This document shows, one piece after another, positions 39,154 through 49,295 of a stretch of 64,000 nucleotides of DNA. The position numbers were made by a program, and so were the translations under genes. Where the stretch lies: contig OZ037772.1 of assembly GCA_964035545.1 (NCBI GenBank), positions 868,001-932,000 of the forward strand. Reading direction: 5' to 3'. The notes beneath the pieces are model-generated. The model was given only the letters and a program-made list of their open reading frames with translations, was not told the origin of the DNA and did no database searches. The stretch's first letter is position 1. Every line of letters begins with the position of its first letter. Origin of the DNA: Bugula neritina (lineage: Eukaryota > Animalia > Bryozoa).

Positions 39154-39275
39154 CTAAATCTGACCTATATACTGTAAATCTGACCTATATAGTGTAAATC
39201 TGACCTATATAGTGTAAATCTTACCTATATAGTGTAAACCTGACCTATAAAGTGTAAATATAACCTATATAGCAT
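39154..39275. repeat. 20-bp intronic minisatellite, about 6 copies
   Basis: Unit GTAAATCTGACCTATATAGT. Confidence 0.85.
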
Positions 39276-40469
39276 AAATTCGCACATGAACGTGATTGCG
39301 ATAGTTGCATCTTTTTTTCTATTAAGATACAATATAGCTTGCCTTTGAGGCTTTTTAATAACTACTAATGACTTCAACCCAAAAGCCACTTTGATTTCTG
39401 TGCAAGTTTATAGTTTTGAGTTTGCTCTCTGCCATTTTGTAGAATTCCAAATACCATCCAAAGCTCAGACAGTGATTGAGATTGACACCAAGACCCCCAC
39501 CCACTTGCCTATTATTGACATAGCTCCTGGTGACATCAGGACCACCCACAAAGAGTTTGGGGTTCAGCTTGGAGAAGTCTGCTTTTCATAGACTCATGTC
39601 TAACAACAGTTTTATTTGTCTGATTTGTAAGACTGGCCCTGATTAGATAATTAGTGGCCAACCAGAGAATGCTATAGAATGTTTGGTTGGCTGAGACCAG
39701 CAGTCTAATTCTTATATAACCTAATTTTTAAATGAAATATTTGATTACTCCAAATAAATCTATTTGAGACTTCCAAGGCAGTGATGGTGAATTTTGTTAA
39801 TATAAATTTGAAGAAGTTTAGCTATAGGGTTTATGCTGTTTTTTAATTATTCCACCATAACCTGAGATTGTGAGTAGTGATTCTAGAATGAGGTAGGGAG
39901 GGTGTTATGCCCCTCCCTGTGACTTTATATATTTAGAAACTGTTGTTTGTTTAGCAATTCTGTTAGTGCATTTAACAGACCCTAGTTAGACATTCCAGGG
40001 TAGCATTATACAAATAATGTAAGTTTCATAACAAAATCACTCAGCCATACACAAAGGCCTGATGAGGTTAGCTTGCACTAAATGAAACAATATTGTAGTC
40101 GATAAAATGAATAAATAAGTTTATTATTATATCCAAATTTGTATCAGTACCAAATATAAATACTCTTTTTTTTGAAATAGTGTAGTGGATTTCAGCTGTG
40201 TAGCTAGTTAATTATGTTATATCGAAAGGGTCGACTCTATGCCATGTCATTGTGGATGCCGACAGTATCTAGCCTGGCCGACAGTGGCACCACCTTTAGT
40301 AGCCAATCAGGAAGACCCATCAATTAGGACTAGGCTTAGCTACACGCATCTTGGAAGCACGCTAAGCAGCTAGCTGGCAGAGCTACTTGGGACTGACACT
40401 TGAATAGTAGTGTGTTTATGGCTCTATGTTATGTAATCAATTTATTGTCTTGTAGTAATTTTACTTGTA

Positions 40470-41432
40470 GGGGAAACCTGGGTGATATGAACCACCCGGG
40501 TGATATGGACCATGCATGTTTTGCAGTGTCCAAGGTTACCAGAAAGTTGGAAAGTGTCGTATTGGTTAGAAATAGGAATATCTAACTTTCTGTCTACATG
40601 TTTCAAACTTGTCTCTTTGTCTTAGAAAATAAAGACACATTTTCTCTTTTTGCTCGTTTTCTTATAATTTTTCACAACTTTTGTGGATATATTTTCATTG
40701 AAAAAAATTACCTGAAGTAAGGAGCCTGTATCTACAGGTAATGTGTGGGGGATATGTATAAATACCCAAATAGTATATATTATACTTGTCCACTCTCTGT
40801 AGGAATTCAAAATTTTTGGTGACATGATTTTTGGGTGATATGGACCGCCACTTGAGGGGTGATATGGACCGTGGACCATATCACTCAACTAATTGAATTT
40901 TTCTTTTCATATACTGTTTTGAAAAGAAATAATACTATTTCTCAAGTATTTAAAACAATGCTAAAGCATTAAACCCTTAAATATTGATTAGACAACATTA
41001 TAGCCAATTGCTGTAGATTGTGTACTTGAAATATTTATACTCATGCAATGTATTTTAGATGCCAAGATATTCTTCCAAAAATATTTGAAATGCTAAGGGT
41101 TAGGAGACACTAAAAGAAGCTGTTACACACTTATTTCAGATCTATTGTTTTATGTTACTTTTTAATATAGCAAAATGCATTTTCAACACAAAAAAGCTGA
41201 CTTTATGTGACGGAGTCTGTGGTGGCCCATATCACCCGAAATCTCAAAAAATCTCCGGGTAATACGGTCCACCAATTTTCAATCATAGCTCAGTCAAGCA
41301 TCTGTATAGGAGCTTCAAATTATGTTTGTATGTTAGTAGAGATAGCACCAACATGTTGAAATACTAATTTTCAATCAACCATAGTCAGTATGGGCTGTGG
41401 GCTTAAGTGGCCCATATCACCCAGGTTTCCCT
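40470..41432. mobile_element. Non-autonomous TIR DNA transposon (MITE) with TA TSD, Tc1/mariner-pogo-like
   Basis: TIR GGGGAAACCTGGGTGATATG / CATATCACCCAGGTTTCCCT, TA on both sides (40468-40469, 41433-41434), no ORF. Confidence 0.85.
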
Positions 41433-41611
41433 TATGTAATTTGTCATAAATAAACTCTTATACGTATGGAACTAGTGTAAAAGCTTTGCGTAAGTAAACC
41501 CACACATAATATAGTGAATTGTGGAAATTCACTACAATATTGAGTTCTTTTGATTTATTTTTTAAATTACAGAATGATTCGAAAAATAGAGTATTTATAT
41601 TTGGTACTGAT

Positions 41612-41648
<37 letters not shown>

Positions 41649-41940
41649 TACTATAGCTATTAGCATATTAGCTATTTAGCAATCAATACAACAGTTATAT
41701 AGGTAATATTAATATATATAGCAAAATAAAAATAGTGTCTATCTGGGAGGAAACCATAATCATATGAGGTATTTGGAAGTCAACATTGCAGCAAATAAAT
41801 CCTGACTGCAGTTGTGTGCAGCGCTTACTTGATTTCATGCTTTAACAGGTTGTGATTCGACTATAGTGCTTTTTATGAGAAAATATCCAGAATGTATGGG
41901 GAGCTTTGAACACCTTGGGAAGTATTTCAAGCTGCTATAG

Positions 41941-42220
41941 TGTTGTGCGAAGGACAATGTTTGTGTGGGCTTCTAGTGAGCAATCTGCATTTAGTCACAA
42001 GCAATCCACTGATATTTTCGTGTGTAAGACTTTATTATAAAACTGTAACATATGGCGTAGAAATCTCTATAAGTATCATCACAAGGCTACTTTACATCAC
42101 GGCAAGTATACGCTAACTAACTAAAAAATAAATTGTTCTGCTTGGCTTCATCCAATAATTGCCAATCACTTTCTGATTGGCAGGGGGATACGCATGAGGC
42201 ATAAACCACGCCCCATTACA
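41941..42220 (-). repeat. 3' LTR of element B
   Basis: Preceded on the - strand by PPT GGGGGGGGGCGG. Confidence 0.96.
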
Positions 42221-42555
42221 CCGCCCCCCCCCAGCAGGAAGCATACCTTCCAGATATGCACCAGAAAAAAATAATAATAAAACAATTTATTACATAAAAA
42301 AAAACCCCAAAAAAAAAATAAGATCTGAACATCACGTAAGGTGGATATCTCCAAAAGAGCTTACACACTATTGAGCAATTTATATTGACATAAGAAAAAT
42401 ATAATAATAGAAAAACAAAATAATGTAATCACATGTACGGAGATCGTGCAGCACCGACTAGAGACGGTCAGAGGAGGGAAGGAACAGAGAGAGAGATTGT
42501 CACCACCTGCAGGTGTGGATAGTCAGAGAAGTGGAGGGGGAGGATACAGCTGCCA

Positions 42556-43364
42556 TCAGTCTTGATCGCCCCGTTTGAGGAGGGCCACGGAAGCTTTAAG
42601 GGTCTTCATTTCGGAAGTGGCTGCAGCAACTCTGGGAGTCAACCGTTGAATCTCAGCTTCTAATTCATACATACGGAGCTCGACTTCTTTTATGTTGCGA
42701 GCTGTAGGGGCCTGCCGTTTTGGGGAGGAGGGTCTCCATCGTCGTTTAGAAAAAGGCTGCATAGGAGTGGGGGAAGGGGAACGTCGTTTTTAGGGTATCC
42801 TAACTCGGTGAAGTAGAACTTGAGGTAGGGTGGAGGGACGAGGTATGGTCTGTGCGAGAGGAGAGTGAGATGGCTTGGTAAGTTTCCTATGTCTGGGAGG
42901 TCTTGGACACGGTCCATGAGTGATGATGCGAGGTGAGGGGAATCCGTGTTGGAGCCGTTCAAAGCGGGGGAGATCCTGAATGAAAGGTTTGATCAGATTG
43001 AGGAAGGTGGGGAAGTTGTATTTGTCTACATCGTACAAGTGTCCCACATGGCAGTCCATAGTACGCTGATGTCTGAGAATGTAGTCCCTGTGGTAACTAT
43101 ATTCACCACAGGGACAGAGAGTAGTTAGGAAGTGCTGCGGTACGTGGACGCGCAAACGGCGATGGGTGGAGAAGTGCTGCTGACACAGCCTGCAGGTGGT
43201 GCATCCGTCATGGCCGCGGTGTAGTTGAATCAGCTTTTCCGTCTTTGGTGCGACCCAGCTATGTTGCTGAAGTAACACGTCTGGTAGGGAGGTAGGAGGT
43301 GTCTCACTGTTCCAGGCCAGTTCTAATGGTGGCATATCTCCGTAGTCAGGAGAGCGAGTGGCGT
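42556..43364 (-). CDS. Accessory ORF3 of element B: two zinc fingers (C2H2 and CxC type), basic SP-rich region, C-terminal coiled coil; one internal TAA (42790-42792); probably spliced
   Basis: CRLCQQHFSTHRRLRVHVPQH = C-x2-C-x3-F-x5-L-x2-H-x3-H; CPCGEYSYHRDYILRHQRTMDCH; the same frame continues past the TAA as KRRSPSPTPMQPFSKRR..ELRMYELEAEIQRL. Confidence 0.75.
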
Positions 43365-43735
43365 CTAAGAGAGCAGAATTATTGTTAGATCGAGTTTAAT
43401 CTTTACAGCATAATTCTGATGACAATCGACTGTTACTAGTCTGAGAGTCATGCATCTTTTTATACGGCACTCGAGAGACTGTGTCAGAACGTGTAAACTG
43501 ACTGAGAGACATATTATCAAGCTCCAGATCTAGTAGATCATCCGCCATTACTATGTTCTCGTCGTCATTCACGTGTGACTCTGTCTCCAGTAACTGTGAT
43601 TCAATCAGATCGATTAAATCAGAGTTGACTAAGGTGAGATCTATTTCCATTAGTGGACTGTTAGATCTAAGCAAGCTTACCTGGGAACTCGGTATTTACA
43701 CTCATACTCGACGTTCAAGCTTGGATGCAGATGGA

Positions 43736-46700
43736 TTAGAAAGTACGTCTACTCTTGACCGCGTCGGGGTAGGAAAAGGCTGGGCAGCGTGTTTGTTGTG
43801 CGAGACCGGAAATGTGTGCCCGGAGAGGGGTAATTCCACTCGCTATTCCGTTTTCGCAAGACTTGGTTTTTCCGTGGTGTTCATAACTCCCACACTTTGC
43901 TGCCAGTCTTTCCGTACGGCGCCCAGCTGGACTTTCATACCTGCCGCTTGTAATGCGGTCGCATACGAAGTCTTGAAGATAAGCTGGGGGTCTTCTAGTA
44001 CGTTGTCCCCTGTCAAGAAGGGGAGATGTACTAGTGGTAGACGTCGGGGAAGGTGGTGTAACTGGTGAGGGAGGTGGTGTACTCACCAGTGTGTTGTTAT
44101 TCTCCACTGGTGGTGTTTCCTGCCTCCCGTCAGCTGTTATTCTTTCTTCCCCTCTGTTCTCTCTGGACGGAGCCTCTCCCGTGTGGGGGTTTTGCACTTC
44201 CGGAAGTATACTTATTTCCGGAAGTGGTGGTGGTAGCTCTGGGGTCGGACGGCTTGGCTCTGGACGCAGAGGGTGTGGCCCCGTTGGGGGAGGCGGCCTC
44301 TCTTGCCTTGCCAGGTCTTCTGTCCGTGGCATAACCGACTCATAATTGGGTTTATGCCGCCGCCGCCCGCGCATTGTTGTCTGCCTCCTGGGCTCTAACA
44401 ATTGGGGGCACTCCCGGCCGCACCTGGGCTAGCCCAATAAGGTTTCAAGCGGGCTTCATTCTGGACAGATACGTGTCCAGACCGCTCCAACTTGTAAGTG
44501 TGATTGGGCATCACCTCAACTACCACGTAGGGTCCTACAAACTTAGGCTGTAATTTAGCCGCCTGTCCTCGACGCCTACGGTAGTTGATCATCCAGACCC
44601 AGTCCCCGGTCTGGTAGAGGGGTGGTTCATCAGCGTCTTCCTGTCGCACCTGCTACTGCTTATCTCGCAGTATTTAGTGTGCGACTCTCAGACGCTCTAT
44701 CATTTCCCCAGCGTACTCATGGACAGAGTATTCTGGTTCCGGAATATGATAGGCGAGGTGGTCGGGCACCCGTGTCTCACGACCGAGGGTCAAGAGGTTG
44801 GGGGTCTCGCCAGTGCTGGTATGGGGCGTGCTGCGATAAGCCCTCATAACCTGTGGCAACACGAGATCCCATTCCTCCTGGCCTCGGCCGAGTAATAGAC
44901 TGCGGAGTGCGTCGCCCAGCATCCGGTTGTTGCGTTCGACCACTCCGTTACCTTGAGGGTGGTATGGAGTGGTCCTACTTTGGTTTACACCCCAGAGGCG
45001 GCAGAGGTCGCTCATCAGTTGAGACTGGAATTGCGACCCCTGGTTCGAGTGTAGTTGCTCGGGCAACCCAAAGTAGCAGAATACACGCTGGTCTAGTGTG
45101 CCGGCCACTGTCGGGGCAGACGCGTCTGGAATAGCCAGTGCGTCTGCCCACCTAGTGAAGTGGTCGGTCAGCACTGGAATCCAGCTGTTTCCTCTGGGGG
45201 TGAGAGGCATGGGTCCGACCAAGTTAACAGCCACCACCTGCCAGGGCCTGCCAGCGTAGAGCCTACGCCGTCCCGCCTCCCTAGGGAGACGGCCATGTTT
45301 GCTGGCCTGGCAGACTTCGCACTGCTTGATCCTTAGGCGGACATCACGCTCCATGTTGGGCCAATACCACCGGAGCCTTAGCTTGGTAAGCACCCTCTGA
45401 ATTCCGGCGTGAGCCTGCCGGTGGGTGTCCCATACTAGCTCTCGGCGCATGGCGGCTGGGCAGATCACCCTTTCTCGACCATGGTGTCCCTGGTCGGCGG
45501 CCAAGGTGATGGTCAGTAGACCGTCTGGCCCGATCTGCAGAGAGTCCCAGCGTTGGCAGTACAGCCGTAATTCGGCGCACCCTTGCCGCAGCTGTTCTTC
45601 ACTGGGTCGTCGCCCTTCCCGTTTAGCTCGATATATGTCGGCTACCACCCCAGGGAGGTCCTCCTGGAGTTTCTGCAGCTCTCTGACATTGCGAGCCAAG
45701 ACAGGGTTGGCGCAGAGATGGTTGACAGCCTCCGGTGGATTAGGGTCACTCGGTCGGAGTCGACCTTGATCCCAGTCGTAGCTCACTTCAGGGTGTTCCA
45801 GTGTCGCCAACTCGGTTCTTGGGGGACCCCATCCCTTTTCTCGATGTCTGCATTGCCGTGCTTCTTACCGGGTCGATGTTCGATCCGGTATGAAAACTCG
45901 GCCAGGACTTCGAGCCATCGGGCGACTTGACTGGACAGCTCAGCTCTCTTACACAGCCAGATCAGAGAGGCGTGGTCCATCCGCAAGCGGAACGGCCTAC
46001 CGTAGAGATAAGGCCGGAAGTGTTTCACTGACTTGATTACTGCCAGCAACTCCTTGCGAGTGGTGCAGTAATTGCGCTCTGGAGGTGAGAGTGATTGGCC
46101 GTAATAAGCTACGACTACTTCCCGGCCCTCTTGCACTTGTGACAGCACAGCGCCAACATTCTGGTCACTGGCGTCTGTGTCAAGGATATACTCCAGAGCG
46201 GGGTCTGGGTAGGCCAGAATTTGAGCTTCTAGTAAGCGGCGCTTGAGACTGTCAAATGCCCTCTGTTCGACGGATGTCCACTGCCAGGCCACCCCCTTTG
46301 CGGTGAGCCGATTTAATGGCTGTGCAACTCCTGCAAAGTCTGGTATGTATTGCCTATAATACCCTACCAGCCCCAGGAAAGCCCGGAGTCCGGTCAAATC
46401 CTGGGGGGGTGACCCAGTCGGCCACAGCCCGCACCTTGTCGGGGTCCGTCGCCACGCCATTACGACCGACTACGTGCCTCAGGTACTTCACCTCCGGCTG
46501 CAAGAGAGCGCATTTGGAAGGTTTAAGCTTGAGACCGGCACCTCGGAGTCGTTCGAAGACCTCCCTCAGACGACTGACGTGGGTCGCAAAGTCTGGGGAG
46601 ATTACGATGACGTCGTCGAGGTAGACGAGCAGCGTCTTCCAGTGGAGGCCGCTGAGGACCTGTTCCATGAGCCGCTGGAAGGTGGCAGGGGCAGAGGTTA

Positions 46701-48264
46701 ACCCGAAGGGCAGTACCTTCCACTTCCACAGCCCGTCTCTGGTGATGAACGCCGCTTTCTCTTGGGCGTCGGGACTGAGGGGGACTTGCCAGTAACCGCT
46801 CAGCAAGTCTAAAGTACTGAAGTACTTGCTGCCGGCTAAGGCGTCCAGGGATTCATCGATCCGAGGTAGAGGGTAGGCGTCCTGTATGGTTACGCTGTTA
46901 AGTTTGCGGTAATCCACACAGAACCGCCAACTGCCGTCTTTCTTCCGGACCAGGACAACCGGCGAGCTCCACGCACTATGTGCAGGCTCTATGATGCCGC
47001 AGTCCAGAAGATCCCGGACTTGTCGGCTGACCTCCTTCTCCTTCTCTGGTCCCAGTCTCCGGGTGGGTTGGCGGATAGGCAAAGTCCCGGCAGCTAGCGG
47101 TATCTCGTGACGGACGGCTTTGGTTAAGCCCACATCCCGGTCTCAGCTGCTGAACACGTCCCCATACTGGCGCAGCAACTGGGCCATAACCTGGCGCTCT
47201 TTGTTGCCCGCACAGCCTTCACAGGCTGACTGGTATAGTTCCTGGACGTGTTCCGGGACGTGTTCCGGGACGGTCCCCCGCCGTACAGACGGGCGCTTTT
47301 GGGGACCCGCCGTCGCTTCGCCCAGCGAAGGTCCTATGTCTCCCTCTTGGACCGTGTGGAAACGGCCCAATAGGGATCCAGACGGCAGTGTCACTGACTC
47401 TGAAAAGGGGTTGACGCACTGCACCAAGATCTCCCCCCGGTCAGTCAGCCGATTTAAGCTGCTGGCGAGTTGGATTCTCTGGTGCGTTCCTTCGACAACC
47501 CCTAATCCAGAGAGCTGGCGGTCATTCACTCTGCAGTGAATGGTCGCCCGGGAGCGGCCGGGTACCGTGCAATTACGGACCACCTGCACGCTCCCGACCA
47601 GGGAACGACCGAACTTGTCGACACAAAAGAGCTCCCGGCCTGCCATTAGTGTGGCGGACTTATGGAAGTCCATGTGGCACTGGTGTCGTTTCAAGAACGG
47701 CGTCCCCAGGATAGCATCCTCTTCCAACTGGCTGAGGATAAATGTTTCTTGGATGGCCTGGTCGCGGACGCGACCAGGCAGCTCTACAACACCGTAGAAA
47801 GGGATACACGACCCGTCTGCGAGGGTGCCAGGTTCCCCGGTGTAGGGAGCCAACCCCTTCCTCACCTGGGCAGGGAGGGCATCGAAGAATCGTCGGCTAA
47901 GAAGATTCGTGTTGCAACCGGAGTCCAGCAAGAACGTAACGGCCTTGCCGGCTACCTTCCAAGGCAGGAAGTAGCTTTCCCCATGTGGCTGCAACCTTAT
48001 TTCCCCAGCATGCGAAGCCTCGGTCAAACGGCGTGGTGTCCGTTTGGTGGTAGGCGGGCGCCGCTACTTTGGCGGAGGGGTGTTTAGTTCCCTTCCGATG
48101 TCCCGAGGGACCTCGCTGGCCAGCTCCGTCTCCGGTAGCTGGCTAAAGCGGTTGGTGAGTGGTAGCACGAACGGCTCTTGCCGCCCAATAGGGCGGGTGG
48201 TCCGTCGTGGTTTCTGCCATACCGGGGGTTGTTCTCTCTTCCTGGGTTGGTTGTTGCTCTCACT
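43736..48264 (-). pseudogene. pol: Disrupted pol of element B (PR-RT-RH-IN)
   Basis: LLDSGC, YLDD, TDAS, HHCC and GPY motifs in fragments; stops (about 48063, 47143, 44674, about 44653), frameshifts (about 46400, 45820, 44400), integrase catalytic D to N twice (VAVNL, HSNQG). Confidence 0.93.
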
Positions 48265-48963
48265 TCAAGTAGTCTTTCTCTTTTGTCCTTGGTTAGGGGG
48301 CCCAGCATTGGTAAGAGTCTTTGCCATCTGTTTCAGCCTGATACTCAGCTGGCCCATCTTCCCTCCGAGTGATTGGGCTATCTCCGGTGTGACTTGTGTG
48401 CTTTCTGGTTTCCCTGTATGTAACCGTTCTGCTCGGAGGTAGTCTTCTCCGACTTGCAGGGCACTTTCTAGAGTGGTCACTCCCTTTGCCTGTAGTTGAT
48501 GGCAAAGACCCACATCTTTTAGGGATTGCATAAAGTCAATGAGAGTAAAGTTCCGTCTGTGTGCTTCTGGCAGGTTGCTGTACGCGCTCCGCGCCAGCCT
48601 CTTCACTAAGGCAACGTGGTCGCGGAGCGGAGTGCCTTCCGCCTGGCGTAGCACTTGTAGACGGGCTCTGGCTTCCAGAGCGAGGGTGCCAAAAAGGCTC
48701 CGTAGTGTAGTGAATATTTCCGCCACGCTCCGTCCTTGTCCAAACGGTCTAGCGCGCTCCGTCAATACTTCCCGCAGCTTGATGAGGGCTACTTGTGGCG
48801 GCCATTGAGCGACATTTGCTACATTGTGGAATTCTTCAATGAATTGCTCTACGTCTTCTACACCCGTGAAGGTGGGAGCGGTCAGTTTACTTCTATACAC
48901 CTCCTTCATATGCAAGAAATTGGCTGGCTTACCTCCTGGGTGCTTCGTTGTGTGCTCTGTCAT
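48265..48963 (-). CDS. gag: Gag of element B (no CCHC knuckle)
   Basis: PTFTGVEDVEQFIEEF..WP aligns with element A PNFGGEGDVEQFIREF..WP. Confidence 0.85.
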   Translation of the reverse strand: MTEHTTKHPGGKPANFLHMKEVYRSKLTAPTFTGVEDVEQFIEEFHNVANVAQWPPQVALIKLREVLTERARPFGQGRSVAEIFTTLRSLFGTLALEARARLQVLRQAEGTPLRDHVALVKRLARSAYSNLPEAHRRNFTLIDFMQSLKDVGLCHQLQAKGVTTLESALQVGEDYLRAERLHTGKPESTQVTPEIAQSLGGKMGQLSIRLKQMAKTLTNAGPPNQGQKRKTT

Positions 48964-48996
48964 ATTCTCCGTCTCTTCATTGTCTCAGCTAGAATA

Positions 48997-49014
48997 ATCC
49001 CACCGCTGCCACCA
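48997..49014 (-). promoter_or_regulatory. tRNA-Leu primer-binding site of element B
   Basis: TGGTGGCAGCGGTGGGAT on the - strand, identical to element A. Confidence 0.9.
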
Positions 49015-49015
49015 C

Positions 49016-49295
49016 TGTTGTGCAAAGCACAATGTTTGTGTGGGCTTCTAGTGAGCAATCTGCATTTAGTCACAAGCAATCCACTGATATTTTCGTGTGT
49101 AAGACTTTATTATAAAACTGTAAAATATGGCGTAGAAATCTCTATAAGTATCATCACAATGCTACTTTACATCACGGCAAGTATACGCTAACTAACTAAA
49201 AAATAAATTGTTCTGCTTGGCTTCATCCAATAATTGCCAATCACTCTCTGATTGGCAGGGGGATATGCATGAGGCATAAACCACGCCCCATTACA
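49016..49295 (-). repeat. 5' LTR of element B
   Basis: Begins TGTAATGG on the - strand, as element A does; direct repeat of 41941-42220. Confidence 0.96.

Larger units (their letters stand above)
32017..39591 (+). pseudogene. Fibrillar collagen pseudogene: Cys-rich N-terminal repeats, short Gly-X-Y region, COLFI C-propeptide
   Basis: Gly-X-Y exons 35126-37410; COLFI motifs DGSKDSP..CRELF..KSGT*WVDADGGS..AIQAYC and LPIIDIAPGDI..EFGVQLGEVCFS; in-frame stops at 32163, 37115 and 38081, frameshifts, many Gly substitutions. Confidence 0.88.
41941..49295 (-). mobile_element. Full-length but degraded Ty3/Gypsy LTR retrotransposon (element B), related to element A, with an extra 3' ORF
   Basis: 280-bp LTRs (41941-42220, 49016-49295; about 6 differences), TSD ATAG (41937-41940, 49296-49299), same tRNA-Leu PBS, PPT 42221-42232, gag-pol remnants. 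Confidence 0.97.

Noticed and set aside
43396-43674. Acidic 92-aa ORF in frame with the zinc-finger ORF, a possible activation domain
   Set aside because: It lies wholly within the GTAAGC...CTAAC...TTAG intron candidate and ends in a stop. It is not called separately, though an unspliced N-terminal extension cannot be excluded.
43736-48963. Possible deaminase hypermutation of element B (D to N, W to stop)
   Set aside because: The lesion count is roughly compatible with about 2% LTR divergence plus CpG decay; a bias cannot be shown without a consensus.
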